Shown here in pieces: positions 1-14,884 of a stretch of DNA of 64,000 nucleotides; the first letter of the stretch is position 1, and every line of letters begins with the position of its first letter. The notes beneath the pieces were generated by a model. It did no database searches. It saw only the letters and a program-made list of their open reading frames with translations, and was not told where the DNA came from. The position numbers and the translations under genes are program-made. The DNA comes from Antedon mediterranea (taxonomy: Eukaryota; Animalia; Echinodermata): assembly GCF_964355755.1 (NCBI RefSeq), contig NC_092673.1, forward strand, positions 6,820,001 through 6,884,000. Reading direction: 5' to 3'.

Positions 1-317
1 TCAAAGGATAACATCTCTATGTCCTAATCTGTGTGTTTCTGCCATGTGGTAAAATACATTAGAAAAAACGTAAACTTGTCCTGTCATGTGTGAACATACT
101 TTTCCATGTTCCAATCTCAACCGATGACACCTTTCGATATTTCAACACGTTTCAATGAAAATAATCAGCCGACATTATGACAACAACACGATTCAATAAT
201 AAAGTAACATGGTACTCTAGTCTTGATAGGGTTTTAAACTATGGACATACTGTCCAGCAATCAGTACGCAGAGGACTGGCCCGGCATTTTGTTAAATATG
301 TTTCGCTAATAGTAATA

Positions 318-575
318 ATTCAGGCGAGGGGCGACTAGGTCTAAAATTCGCACGAGGAGCGCCTAGGTCTAATAATTTGCACGAGGGGCGCCTAGGTCTA
401 ATAATTCGCACGAGGGGCGACTGGGTCTAATAATTCGCACGAGGGGCGCCGAGGTCTAATAATTCGCACGAGGGGCGCCGAGGTCTCATAATTCGCTCGA
501 TTGAGGGGCGCCGAGGTCTAATAATTCGAACCAGGGGCGCCGAGGTGAAATAACTGAGGCGACGGGCGCCTACGT
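318..575. repeat. GC-rich minisatellite, 29-bp unit, about 9 copies
   Basis: Unit CTAATAATTCGCACGAGGGGCGCC(T/G)AGGT; GGTCT recurs at 366 and 395. Confidence 0.95.
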
Positions 576-2619
576 CTCCAGGGTTCAAGTCTCCCTTTAT
601 TAATTTATTTTAACAAATAAATCAATTATTAAGTGATATGAAAACGTTCTTTTTCCCTGTGTGTGGGTGTGTATGTGTGTTGGAGAGGGAGGGGGAGGGC
701 GTTGAAAGAAAGGATTAATTTACGCGCTCCTCTTCCAATCCTCACCTAAAGTACGTTCTTCCATTCTTTAGTAAAAAAATGTAAAAATAATCTCAATGCA
801 TTACGACTATAATGACATGATAAAAATACAATGGATGAGCTCAATTTTAAAACCTTTAAGAAAAATATATATAATAGTAATAATACGGACTGTCGTTTAT
901 AAAACCTTTTGTAATCTAATTGCATAAGTTTAGTCTAAACACAGGTTCGATAGTTAACGGATACTATATATAAGGTAATCGATTACAGCGACTCATTGTT
1001 CGATGTTCTTATCTACACGAAGCGGAACGAACAAGACGGCTTTGAAATAATCTATAGTAAGCAGGTAGTGTTTTCTGGTTAAAAAAAGATTAAACATATT
1101 GCCCTTGGACTCTATCATTATCATCCCGATATCAAAACAAGCCACAACACCGGGAATGAAAACATGGAGAAGAGGAAGCAGGCCTGGAAAGTGGGAAACA
1201 GCCGCTAGATGGCTTCCTCCCACGAACAAAGTTTTACCGTTATCTGGCGTTTCGATAGACGCAATCTAAGCATAATTTCCTTACTTCTCGCGTACAAACC
1301 TCCTCAGAACAAAGCCCTCTACACGCAATATTAACGGAAACGCCCGCTAATACTCTCATCTTTCCGAGATGCTGCTATTAAGATGATTAAATAACAACAA
1401 CAGATAACGGAAACAATTGAAACAATGTACAACATAGAATTTAGTGATAAGACAATTTCTGTATTTATGACGTTGACTGCGTTTCCTCCTGTCCGCAGTG
1501 ATTATTGATGATATGGTTGTGGTTAAAGTAATCGAAGATACAAATTGACGTCTAAAAAATGTGATAAAATAGATAAAAATGCCTGCGATAACTATCAAAA
1601 AAAATATATACAATAAAATTTTAAAAATATGTATATTACGCGCTAATAATATAAAACGAGTGTTTAAGTAATAGGCCTATAAAAGAAAGTCGTATGAACA
1701 CGTGCCGTAAATTAATAAAAACGATATAAAAAGGTTTGTTGTTAGGGCGCTGCAGTGACCAATTAATATTTAGATGCGTACGGACACACGTAGTTTAATT
1801 AAGCGGCAAACAACCAACCATGCGTATAAACGATCGTCTGCAATTTAAATAATAATATGGAGAGAGATGTTCTTTTACAGTGTACAGTGTATATGTGAAT
1901 ACAGGTCACAAGCGTGTGTTCGCGTGGAGTACATTCATGTCAGGCCCGTGACGTGTGGAAAGGCCGTGTCCACACGTGCTGAAAAAGGTCACGTCAGTCA
2001 ACGCATAGAATGATTGGCATGGGAAAAGGAAAAACACTAAACTTGAGTTACGCCCTGTGATTTCTTTCAAAAGTTGAACACCACTTCCGTAATATTCCCA
2101 ACTATCATGGTCTACAAAAGCATGTTGTCTGCAAACCAACTACAGTTATACGAAATCCCGCGTAAATGCGTTTCATTAAAAGATAAATTGTTTATAATGT
2201 TTAAGCTTTCGAGTTAGAGTGGTGCGTGTATTTGTCTGTGTGTTTTAATTTACATTCCACTCAAAAGCTTTGTACATGTCCACATATGGCCATTCTTTAC
2301 TGCCTGCTATATGCATTACTCAATTACAGCATATTAATTCCATTGTTTAATTTCATGCATCAGTGAAATTAATTAGTAAATTAAATTGAAAATTATGAAT
2401 TTATATTTAATATTCACAATCAGTGAATCATCGAAGTTAAATGGATGGCCTTAGTAAAAAGAGACAACAAGGTTGATATCACAATTATGTTTATTTTTTA
2501 AAGACAGAATATCGGCAAAATGAAATGTCCATTATCAGACATTACAGTATAAAAATTCATCGGTTGATCGGTTTCAACGTCTTACACGAGTCTGCGCATG
2601 CTCACCAGATTGATAACTT

Positions 2620-3095
2620 TACGCGCTTCGTTAATAAACGCGTTTACTTCATACAATTCCCGTTTGTATATGTTTCTAATGTTAAACATGAAGGTACTGC
2701 AAAAAACGCCTTTTTTATACACTTCCTTTTTGGCTTGGCAATGTTACTATGATGTTAAAGGTGAACGTACTGCAAAACGCGTTTATTTCATATAATATAC
2801 CTCCTTTTTGGCAATGTTGCTACATGAACGCACTGCATAACGCGTTTATTTGATACACCTCCGTTTTTGGCAATGTTACTAACTGTTAAACGTGAACGTA
2901 CTGCGCTCTCAGTTAAAACGCGTTTACATTGACATTCACCCCCGCATTCACCTCTATTTTGGCAATGCTATTAACGTTATCGTCAGTCGTATCCCTCGAT
3001 TGAAACGCTTATACTACACACAACTCCATTTTGGTATATTGCTATGTTAAACGTAAACGTATAGCGCTTAATTGAAACGTGTTTATTCGTACATA
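2620..3095. repeat. Degenerate tandem repeat, about 60-85-bp unit, about 7 copies
   Basis: Recurring AAACGCGTTTA...TTTTGGCAATGTTAC...GTTAAACGTGAACGTACTGC. Confidence 0.8.
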
Positions 3096-3654
3096 ACATT
3101 TTTTTCGGCGTGAACACGTTTCACACATAATATCTCTACCCATGTTACACTGCGAAGTTCTTTTTTTGCCAGTTAAGGTTTTCAGTATACTCTCAAGTTT
3201 TCAATAAAAACATTGGAAATTAAACGGCCGCGTAAAGATCAAAAACCCCGATGATAAGTGGTTTAATTAAATAGATTAGCAAGTGACAAAATCCAGGACT
3301 AACAATTAACTCATTACAGCTGGAGGTCATGCATTAATACATTAAAAAGAAAAAAAAAACAATTCGTAAACATGCGGTGCGGTTACGGAATCGTGTTTAG
3401 GATTAGAAAATTAAAAATGAAGTGGGTCGAAAACTTTATAAATGATCTTTAGACGGTTTATTAAAATGTACTAATACAAGATAATTAATAATAAATAATA
3501 ATTATAATAAAAAAAACCAAAAGATTACGGCACACTAATGAAAATATCAGTTATCAATGTTTGTGGATCAAAACGGTGCTAAAGAAAAACCAAATCTCTT
3601 CAGCAGAAGCTATGACCTGCAGGTAGGTTGATGTTATATATCATGATGTGATAT

Positions 3655-4455
3655 CATAGCGTAACTGCTGTAACGCGATACATCGTTTAATGTGTTTTAC
3701 ATGGCCATTGCTATGACGCGATAAAGCGTTTGAAGTGTTATTTTACTATGAAGCAACACCGCACAGCGTTTGATGTGGAACGCCATACCAACACTACTAT
3801 GACTAGACACATGAATGTTTGATGTGAAACGTCATAGCACCACTACTATGACGCGACACAGCGTTTGATTTGGGCACGTAATAGCACCACTACTATATGA
3901 CGAGACACAACGTTTGATGTGAAACGTCATAGCACCACTACTATGACGCGACACAGCGTTTGATGTGGGCACGTAATAGCATCACTGCTATGACGCGATA
4001 CAGCGTTTGATGTGGCACGTCATAGTACCGCTACTATGACGCAACACAGCATTTGATGTGGCAAGTCACATCACCAATATTATGACGCGACACAGCGTTT
4101 GATGTAGCACGTAATAGCACCACTACTATGACGCGATACAGCGTTTGATGTAGCACGTAATAGCACCACTACTATGACGCGATACAGAATTTTTATGTGG
4201 CACGTCATAGCTAGCACCACTACTATGACGCGACACAGCGTTTGATGTGGCACGTCATATCACCACTACTTTGACGTGACACATTGTTTGATGTGGCACG
4301 TCATATCACCATAATGACGCGACACAGCATTTGATGTGGTACGTCATGATATCACCATTACTATGACGCGATACAGCGTTTGATGTGACACGTTATATCA
4401 CCACTATTATGAGGCGACACAGCGTTTGATTTGATACGTCATATCACCACTACAT
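3655..4455. repeat. Minisatellite, 46-bp unit, about 17 copies, internal hairpin in each unit
   Basis: Unit GACACAGCGTTTGATGTGGCACGTCATAGCACCACTACTATGACGC; contains CGTCATAG-n8-CTATGACG. Confidence 0.95.
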
Positions 4456-5942
4456 GATATGAGGGTACTGTGTTTTTAGTGTGCGACTTTATAAACATAG
4501 GCCGGTGTATAAACATTTCAAAATGATACAATTAATATTATTATTAATATTGATATTGAGCATATTAACATTCAGAATGAAATAAATTGAGCGTAACGTT
4601 GAGAATCCACATTTTAGGATGAGGAGAAACCGGAGGACTGTATTCTTCCTTTTTAGGTGAATCATTTTATACAACTAACTTGTTATAATACTAGTATTAG
4701 TAATATCAATATTAAAAATGCGGAAAAAAGACAAATACGATATTTACGAACACTTTCATAATAATTCGGTGTACTGTTTTCAAACATGACATTCTCAATC
4801 AAGATAACACGTTTATACTTTTTTTCATGTACGTACTTTCATTTATAACTAAAGTGGTTATAATTGCCGCCCCACCCAATACGTCTACAAAAAGTCCACT
4901 TCTAATTTCCATAGCTTTCCTTATCTTCACACAGATTTCAACTCAGTCAAAATATTTCAACCAATTTCGACATGAATTCCTTATCTATTACCTTATCGCT
5001 ACTTAATTAAATTAATCAAATTAATTAAATTTGTCTGAACGCTTGTAAGTGATTCTGTGCCGGCAACGTCCTTCGCAATGCTAACAGTCGATGAGGCGTT
5101 TTCAGTTTGTTTTGATGTATATTCTACGTTAAATTGCGGCTTGTTTTTCGCACGTGATTTTTTGTAAAGGTTTACAGAAGGGTCTGTCAGCCGGCGGCGG
5201 AAGAGTGTCAAACTATATGAAACCGTCATCTGCGTAACATACGAATTGACGTGGAGTAAATTATAGTGTGAACAGAACAAGTACATTTTAACGCTTTAGA
5301 AAACACCTTTTGATTGGTTCTTTTAAAACAAGGCTTAAAGTCAGTTTTATGATGGGCCAAGTACTGCTAACTTTGGTGAGATAGGTCACCAACTAAACAA
5401 GGTAAACTACGTAAGCCTGAACTTAACTTTCATAATGATGCTCTTAAAAAGTACAATGCCATTGATGTTCAATAACATTTTACGTGAATATATCAAATCA
5501 AAAACAATTATTGTTGTTGTTACATAGCTTACTGGTGTTGCAGTCTTCACATCCTATATAAAATTACATCTGTTTCTTTAAAATATACAAGGTACATAGA
5601 GCGTCCAACATTAATTATGAAATCAAATGCGTGCCATCATGATTTTGTTTAATTTAAATCCAATATTGTTCATCTAAATAATTTAATTAAAAACTGTGTT
5701 TTTACACTGTTTAATTGTGAATAATTAATGTTGTTAAATTGCCATGATACTGCCATTTTTCAAGAGAGTTTCACCACTTCTAAAATGGCTTTAAAGGCCT
5801 GTGTGGGAGTACGGTACTATAGGCCTACAGTACTCGTTGTTTTAAAATAATTAAATGTATATCTTTTTTTAAATAATTAAAATTTAATTTGGTTATTTGT
5901 TATAAGAAATATTAAACTTTATTGCTTATCATGGGATATAAG

Positions 5943-6230
5943 GCAATTCAATCATTCTTTATTCACGAATACAAATTTGTACACAAAGTTTACATTCAAT
6001 CCAGGTCAATATTTGGAACTTAAACAAGAAGGCACAATTAAAATACAATGAATATACAAAATAAAGATAAAAACATGTTCCTCCCAGTCTACTCTATTTA
6101 AAGTCATCACATGATCATTGACACTGGCGTTCCATACATTGTATAAACAGGCCAGGGTCGTGTTGGATATAGTTTTCTTTAAATTCTTAAATTGGGATAT
6201 ACTAACTTTAAGCATTGATAAAGACGAATT
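5943..6230 (-). mobile_element. Possible degenerate 3' end of a CR1/L2-type LINE
   Basis: Minus strand reads SISQFKNLKK (like ORF2 C-termini), then a T-rich UTR, AATAAA and an ATGATTGAATTG tail. Confidence 0.35.
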
Positions 6231-9200
6231 TCGTTTCCCTTTAACAACCGTCTTAAAGTGTACTACATAAGCCTACGCCGTCTTTGATACATTAAAAATG
6301 TATACTACATTTTCGTGGTATTGCTAAATCTTTAATTTCACGCGAACCAATTAGCCTACATCAAACAATACGTCAAAACAATAATATGCCAATTTCATTA
6401 GAATCTCCCCATGACGAACGCTGGGAGCTTGATTTGTGGTTAATACTACATATCGGCTTAGGGCTGAACGAAATTAATCACGGCAGGACTAGACAAACGG
6501 ACCGTAAAACAAGTACTTATTAGTCGGGACGGCCAGGCAGGTCAACCTCCGCCAGACCAACGTTAAACGTATATGAAACCAGTGAATTATATCGCGATCG
6601 AATCGCTAGGGCAACCAGTGGAGTTTCTAAATTTAAGAACAACTAAATTCAGATAGCAAAAACATAAGCGAGATACGTTCTTGGGAAATCGTACCCTAAA
6701 ATAACACGCTGCTGACACGGTGGTCTTGTAATTATGTTTCAGCAATCAACTTCATCTCGTCCGAATCGTGTTCTCTTTATCATGAACGTTTAGGCTAGAG
6801 TGATTAAAATGAAAGATTGACTTGTCATGGATAAACGGTATACACAGGTTTTTTTAACCACAGTTGTATTTACATAGGCTCAAACATAAAAAGCCCTATC
6901 CATTTGGAATCACATACATGTAGGCCTTCGTGTATACAACCGTCCGTATGTTTTGTGTTATACCAACATGACTCATCGAGTAATGTAAATAAGTTATGGA
7001 GTTGCATAAGTGTAATAAAAAGGTAATGTTTATATGTAATATTTATGATTTTGTACTTTGTAATTATGAATTATTAAACAATACAATAAAATCTAGTTAA
7101 TATAGGCCTTGTATAAGTTATATCAATAATTTAAGGACGAAAGGGGAGAAAAAACTAACAATATTGATATAAAATACAGATGTTTTGGATGGTCCTAAAC
7201 ATTTCCTTCTGGACACCCCCTATATTAGGGGACACTTTTCTGTGAAACGAACAAGAGAAAATGTTTTAAACACTGCAAACGTTTATTCAAGAAACACTTC
7301 TATTATTATGAAAAGGGGAAACTGTGTTGGGTCCCCGGGGTGTCCCTTGTAGGGCTCATTTCTACTTTACTTGACTCGTGCGCGCCAAAATGATTAGGAA
7401 CAGTATATTTGTTCTGTTTATAAAAACAACGTATTGAATATTAAAATTGTGACCGTTCAAACGGAGTTTGCATCGCAAAAAGTTTTATAAACTTTCGTAC
7501 AGAAGGGGCACTGTACATTATGGTTAATTAATAATAGTCTTTTGTAATTACACATGTTTACCACCACCACACACATACAACACACCTTTTCCTTCTACCT
7601 CAGGTGAATCGGTCAATCATCGGCCGCTGATATTATTGTTGGGTTAATGGAGAATACTGTAAACCATGTGTAAACAAACCTTTGTGGGACAGTGGGCTAT
7701 TAATGATTAACGTTACTGGTACGTGTTGCTAGTATTTTTTATGTATAAAATCTGACCACATGTGTAGATCAGTTCGTATACAATTAAATCAAAACGACGA
7801 ATTTACAATATAGGTCTACCTGTATGTGAAAAGGGAATGTTCAGAGGGCCTGCCTCTGGAAAATACACACTATGCAAAATAATGTATTGGCCTAACAGAT
7901 TCAGTTTGGCATTTAATTCTACAATTTGTATGAATACATACTTCTTCCACTTAAAATGGTTAGGCCTAAAACCACTTGGATACTGATAGTTACTAACTGG
8001 CTATATCTACAGTTGTATCGTACCAGGGATGAGTAGGCCCCTATTTATTACCTTTTTTCAATTGTTCGTAAATAAGACAGGACCACAATGTAAAACATAT
8101 TATTTTCTTATACCTGATTGTGAAATCCTGAATAAATATGTTATTAAATAACTTAATAAGGCCTACTATTTGTCAATATCTCCCGTATCGGAACCCTCAT
8201 TATGTACAGATACGGTACCGTATAAGTTGTCTATATTCGTGGCTAACTGCGCCTTTCAGAAAAACAAACAATACACTTTATATCGTATACTATATTCAAC
8301 ATGCTTTTACATGTATAATAATAGTAGTCATTCACAACGTAATTATGTATTGTATAAGCAACAAGGTATACGGATTAGGGACAGACAGTACTAACAGTAA
8401 AGTAATCATCCATGAGTCTACGATATACAGTATTTAATACAGTAGGCCTACAAGAAAGGCTTTAAAAGCTCAATGATATGTATAAAGAGTAGGCTACAGT
8501 AGTTTTGGCAAAACGATTTTGAATGTCGTTAATATACGTAAGTACGTATTCAATGGTCTAGGTATCGATACAAAACAATTCTTACTTTTAATTTGACATG
8601 GTTGAAACAAATATTAGTTAGTATTGCTTTTTAAATTTTATACTTATTTTACCAACGAGCGACGTGTCAAACATTGTGTTATATTGGAAATGGATAATAA
8701 CCAAAATTACGAACGTTTAATGAACAAAATAATAGCTGTGAGAATACAGGAATAGTATGTGGACATCGATAAACTCATATAGTCTATTAGAAACGAGATT
8801 AATTTCATCTACTTGCCAAAATATTAACGCAAGACTACTGCGGTATAATTACATTTATTAATACCAAGAATAGTAATTCATTGGCATGACTATTAATGGG
8901 AGTTTTAATACGTTAATATGTGTGGCATCAATCATCTCTACGATAGACGGCGGCCGTAAAATAATTACCGCACCATACCGCGTTGTTCTTAATAATTAAC
9001 ACTCACACTGGCGTATGTTGTGTTGTACGCATGGTGACTGTAAACACTGTGTATTTCTCACGAGTGTGGGAACGAGGGACGGTCGATGGAGTAGGAGAAA
9101 TACTGGGAATAACAAGGGATTGTGGGAGGGAGGGGGGGGGATAATTGGATATATAATACACAAGTCTCAAAATAATTGGGTTTTAAATAAAATGAAACGA

Positions 9201-9261
9201 GGAATAGACATGTTGAACAGCGGTCTCTAAAAGGTAAAGACGGTTGGAAAAAGCTCCAATC

Positions 9262-9440
9262 AGTGGGTGATGATAGAGAGATGGTAAATACTCTGAAAGC
9301 AGAATATTTCGGGTTCGAATCTCAGTTGGGGGGACTTTTTCTTATATACTCACAAACATACTTTCCTCTTTCATCGTTTATAAGTTAATTAATTGTCAGT
9401 ATATCACTGGGTGTTTAGAGTTTATCTAGAGGCCTGTAAA
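9262..9440 (+). mobile_element. tRNA-derived SINE-like head
   Basis: A-box-like TAGAGAGATGGT and B-box GGGTTCGAATCTC; no complete cloverleaf; 3' boundary approximate. Confidence 0.5.
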
Positions 9441-9503
9441 TGATAAGTATGTACACAATCAATAATGGTACAATGTATTTATAGTGAAAAGAACATTACT
9501 TAC

Positions 9504-9552
9504 CAGTTTCGAACATTAACTTAGAATGTGTCGATGGACCGTTTGACATCAT
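9504..9552 (-). CDS. Candidate first coding exon of an unidentified gene (MMSNGPSTHSKLMFET, phase-1 donor)
   Basis: ATG at 9552 with in-frame TGA 6 nt upstream; consensus donor CTG|GTAAGT; about 600 bp of UTR-like non-repetitive sequence upstream; no partner exon found. Confidence 0.3.
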
Positions 9553-12500
9553 CGATCACTGAATGAATTTAGTCTATAATAAATCACAAATAAACAAAAT
9601 CGCCTTGGTCCTTATTCAACATTTATGGTCATCAGTGGGTCCAAAATAGCGAGAATCTGACGGTAAGTCCACAAGTGAAAAATGATAGGTTTTCCTCCTT
9701 GCTATCTACACTGCTGCGAATTGTATGCTGTAGTAGATAGGAATAAATATCGTGCTTATTAAGTTTTAACTCTATCTATTAAGCCTGGTAGAGAATTGTA
9801 TTATCCTCCGATGATTTGTCAGTGAAAGATCAGCATTTATACCTACAATTTAAATCCAATAACCATAGAAACAAAGCAAAGAACGCACTTAATACTCGAG
9901 AATCTTGCAAGCCTCTAAGCTTACCAAGCTAGGCCTAAGAACGTAGACTAGTTCAGCTATGTATCCTCGACGTTCGCCGTGCCAGCTCCGGTCGTGCACT
10001 GCTAGATTCCTGATCACTTAGCCGATTTTAATCGTATCGTCTGAAACGGCCTGTCACTCGATACTACAATTCAATGAAATGGACTAGTTTTAGCTGAGAA
10101 TTAATCACATGTGCTGAGAGCTTTTCCTTCACTACGTTGCACATTCAATAACAACTAAACGGGCGCTATTTCATATATCATGTGTTATTATATTCTTCGG
10201 TCAATTGGAAGCGTCTATTATTAAGTAGGGGGATTATTAATCATGCACGTACAAACTATAAACATATATAATTCCAATTACAACCAAAACTCATTACAAA
10301 TATGTTTTCAACATGGTATATATACCTAAATACATGTTATTGTATATATGTTCATGCATAGATTATCAAATTACAGGCCACAGTGAATTCAAATAATACA
10401 ATTTTCACCGCTGAAAATTATGGACTAATCTACATTAACAGTGGTTTTGTTTTGATACATATTATACATTAATGAAAATTCATTCGGAACACTTGCCTTT
10501 ACGTTTAATTGACAACGTAATCAATTACTCCTAGGCAGTGTAGGTAATTACTTTGTTGTTTTTTTTTACATTTAAGGGTCCAATTATTTGTTCAGTTCTA
10601 ATACGTTCGTCCATTTGAACCAGCTGCCAGTCTGAGATTCTATCCGAAAATCGGAAATTAGCTCTCCGTAAGATTTATCATCGAAATTGTTCACCTTATT
10701 GAATAATTCTCATTTCGGTTTACAAACGAAAGAAACTAATTTTCGTGTACATCGAGTAGAGATATCGAATAGATGACAATCATAAAGCAAATTGAGATAC
10801 GCGTGGCGCATGCGCGAAATAAACTAATTAACTACGGCTTATTGACTAAGAATCAAATAATCAATTTTTAAATTAACTCAGGAGGATATTTAATTTAAAG
10901 TAACATAAAAGCAGCGATATGTCTCCAGTTACTAAATTGAGCATAGAATATTATATTTTTACAATTGAAGGGGAGAATAAGGAATTATTAATTACTGGGT
11001 GTAAACATTCATAACACTAGTTTAATTAATTATTTCATTTATTGATTCAATATATTCAAACAAATTAACTTTACTCTTTAGAATTTCACAATTTAAACCG
11101 TCAGTAAACTACAGAGAAACACCACACTATAGAGGGGGTACTTGAAATTAACAGGAACCTAGCTTTATTCTTCCAGTATGTGTGGCCTATAATTATTATA
11201 ATAATGTATTGTAAATGCTGTAGCTAAATTAAACATCCTGGGGTAAACGTCTTAAATCGCGTGTACCTTAGTTCATGTAGCACCAACGTCACAACTACAG
11301 TAGGCCTAAACATTCAATAAAATTTTAAGCGGTCAGTTTATGTACTTGAGTTCCTGTACAAAATATTGTTTTTTTTAAATTCAAGACAGCAACACAAGAA
11401 ACAATAAGCAATGTATTTCATAAGAAGTAAATTCGAGACACTTGCACTGTGATGAATGGTTAGTGCACTGCCAATGCTAATTTTTTTTTCGGGCCGGCCA
11501 TACGTTTTGATTTTAATCTTGCTTATGTTATTTATATCGCCATTGAGATCCACCCACAACATTGCAATATTTTCAGTAACTTTAATGCCGAATGTTCTGT
11601 ACGATATCGGACAAAGGACATCATTTATTCAGTTTCTAGACAAGTTATAAGATACAGTTCATAGCGTGAATTACATATAGTGTATCATTTTAAAGTAAAG
11701 AATACAGTGTCACATATGACACTGTTATGTGAAAGCATGCAAAACAGAGGCACTAGGTGTAACTTTAATATAATTTGACATTTTGAATAATATCTGAAAT
11801 CCGTATGATTGCCAATTGACATTTATATTAGTTAAACATATTACGGAATATCATTGGATATTAAGACAAGTCTTAATTAATTTGGTTTATTAAAAAATAT
11901 AGGAATATTACTTATTGGACTGTCATCAATGTTGATGATTTTAATATCGAGGCGTAGAAACAAACTGACACCTCTCATAGAAATTTGACAGAAAATATTT
12001 TTTAATATTTGTCTCGTTTCAAATCTATCTATTTTCATGAATACTGTAAAGTTTTAATTTCCTTAGGAGAAATTTAATTAGAAGATAGTCTAACAATCCA
12101 GTCGCTTTGCGGTAGTTCTACTGGCACTTTATCAAACTAAGTCGTTATAATTAGGCAGATGACGTCATTATGTCAATCATTTATCGCCATATCATAGATT
12201 TAATAAATAACTGAGTTAGAAAGGGAATGTGTCCTATACTTTTGATTTGATTTTTACGACAGATATCACAAGGACATCACTCGATATTAAAAAAAACACA
12301 GAATTTAATAACCAAACCGACAGTCTCATCTGAAGAGTCCAGTGCAATCATCGTAATTAAGTTACTAATATTACGTGCGTACTCTTCCTAATAAAGATAT
12401 TGGTATAGATAACTTTATATACTGTATGAAATTTGCTTATTATTATCCTTTCCGTCGTTTTCATTAAAACTTTACAAAAATGATATTAATGATTGATATG

Positions 12501-13767
12501 AATTGACATTCTTATAAATTATTTGCCATTTCATTTTTAATATCATCATCATCTTTAACAGATGAAATTACGTTATAAAACCATCACTGCACATATATGC
12601 TTAATTTAACGTAAACATACGGGACAATAGACAGGTTTTAGTAATGAAAAGAGACGAGGTAAGTAATATAAAGTCAAAATAGTGACACAGTATCAATATG
12701 CAATGCTCTTTTCTCCATCAGTGTTTTAAACCTTTTTGCGTCCATTTATAACGAGTTTTCGTTTTGGGACGGTACGGAAGGAGACAATTACTTTATACCC
12801 TGTACTAATCTGCCCATGCGCATAATACCCACTTTAATCGTACGCTCTGCATCCAGAGGATCATAATTGATCATTTAACGTCATTACCATTTGAAAAAAG
12901 CTCGATAATCCTCCATATGATGTTGTTAACCTCGGATGTACCTCTAATACCAATCGGAGTTATATCGGAGTTAACAACACAGAGGTATTAGTGTGAACAC
13001 AACTTATGCCAAAACAAACATGAAACCAAAACCACATCGTAGTGAAATATAAATAAGTTTCTAATTAGTTTTTTTTTATATTACGTGGTTTTGTACCATT
13101 TTTTCACCATCTGTTTAAACATTGCGTTACAAGACATTGTACATTTATAAATTATGAAATTTAATTTAATTGTTAATATCAACTTGAACAGCATAAACAA
13201 CATAAGGTGCAGTAGACAATGTTCGTACTGAAATGTTTAGTTATCAAATATTAATTATTTTTTTGTCTCCCTGTTTTTGATTTGTTATCGTTCATCTTTA
13301 GAATTCATCGTCTAAAACCACGTGCAACAGTTCGCTGTGTCAGACATGGTTATTTAATTACCCAATAGAAAAGATATCGATAATTCAATTATTTCAATTA
13401 TCAATTAAAATAAACAAAATGGTTAAACAATAATATCTTTAGGAAATGAAAATCTGATAAAAGTTTTGTATGGTGGAGATTTTGATTATCAACAGATGAT
13501 TGCGTCACACCAAGTTCAAGAATATTGTATAGTTTGTTGACCTTTTTGTGGGAAAAAAATCAACGTTTCATATTTGATATTCATAATGATATTCAAAACA
13601 TTGATCCATTTAATTGTCTAAATGTTTTTTCCAACGTATAAGCACTTTTATATTCCGATCAACACAATTATATTAAACACACATTACATTAAAACTGCAG
13701 ACATTTCCAACTAAACTCATTACGAAGGTAAAAAGACATACTGAATACACAGTATTGCCAAAAGGTC

Positions 13768-13860
13768 ACTCTACACTATCAAACTGGTTTGACAACTGTG
13801 CCCACATTATAGTGATATGTCCAAATAATATGGTAGTGATATGACATCACCATGTCTATA
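13768..13860. mobile_element. Partial copy of Harbinger-like MITE family A
   Basis: CTACACTATCAAACT...ATGGTAGTGATATGACATCA matches the full copies at 25387, 36646, 47222 and 61584. Confidence 0.7.
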
Positions 13861-14884
13861 TAATTACATTTTTAAGTACTATTATTTTTGTAATCTGTTA
13901 ACTATTTATATTCAGTAATTATTACATTAACAAATAATGTGACACGAGACAGATGCGTTTGAGGTTATTTGAGTTTGATAACATCACGAATATTTTATCA
14001 GTCTCAAATAATGATAAGAGACATACAATTATATTAATATGTGATATATATATATAATTAGTGTTGTCGATTTCTCACTATATTTATCAAACAGATGATT
14101 GGAATGGTACAAATTAATGTTTTGCAGCGTACGAATTGGTAGGCACTGTGTTTATCATTTGTCGCATATGTGACTTAAACACGTGTCCTTAATGACGTTA
14201 TTATGTTAAGAGGCTTTGACCAAAGAATTTAATTAAGGAAATTAATTGTGTATTACTTGTTGTTTATTTTTAGGTCTAGGGAAACGTGAATGCTGAACAT
14301 CATTCTGTGAGATAATTGGTCCAACACGCAGCTTGTACAAACCAGTCTGAGGTTATTGACTATTGGTTTAAAAAGGTTCATAATGACTAAATTAGTTTTT
14401 ACACAACATAACTTTATCACATTTAATTGAAAAGAAAATGTAAACAATAATTAATTAATTTAGTCAACCTATTGTTGTCGAATTAATGTGAATTGATTAA
14501 ATGTATTTGCTTGCTAGAGTGTACGTCGTACGCATGATTGACGCCAATATTAATACTTGTACACACGTATTTTTAAGCGCAAAAGACACGATAGAAATTA
14601 AGACCCAGTTTTTGTGACCCCGGACATATATATATATGTTTCAATATCAATAAATAAAACAAAATATAACCAACTTCATCAACAGAAAGGTACAGTAAAA
14701 TATCTAGTTTCATAAGAACTGTATAATACGTTTTAACAGTTAAGTACATTAATTAATCATTATATGAATTAAAACAATTAATGATTACGAATTAAAAACA
14801 AACCAAAAGGAGAAAATGTATTTATTTCATTTACATGCCAGTATATGAACGGGACGGCGATGTTGGAGGGTTTTATTTCATTTC

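Noticed and set aside
1014-1036. miR-375-like sequence on the minus strand
   Set aside because: 3' half diverges and no pairing arm forms a precursor hairpin
1190-1224. Su(H) paired site
   Set aside because: Spacer is about 19 bp rather than 15-17 and both half-sites are imperfect
318-4455. Tandem arrays with palindromic units as CRISPR arrays
   Set aside because: No unique spacers, no cas genes, eukaryotic context
9504-9552. ELAV-family identity, from the SNGP peptide and human ODAD3-ELAVL3 proximity
   Set aside because: Four residues are not evidence, and no RRM exon is in the window
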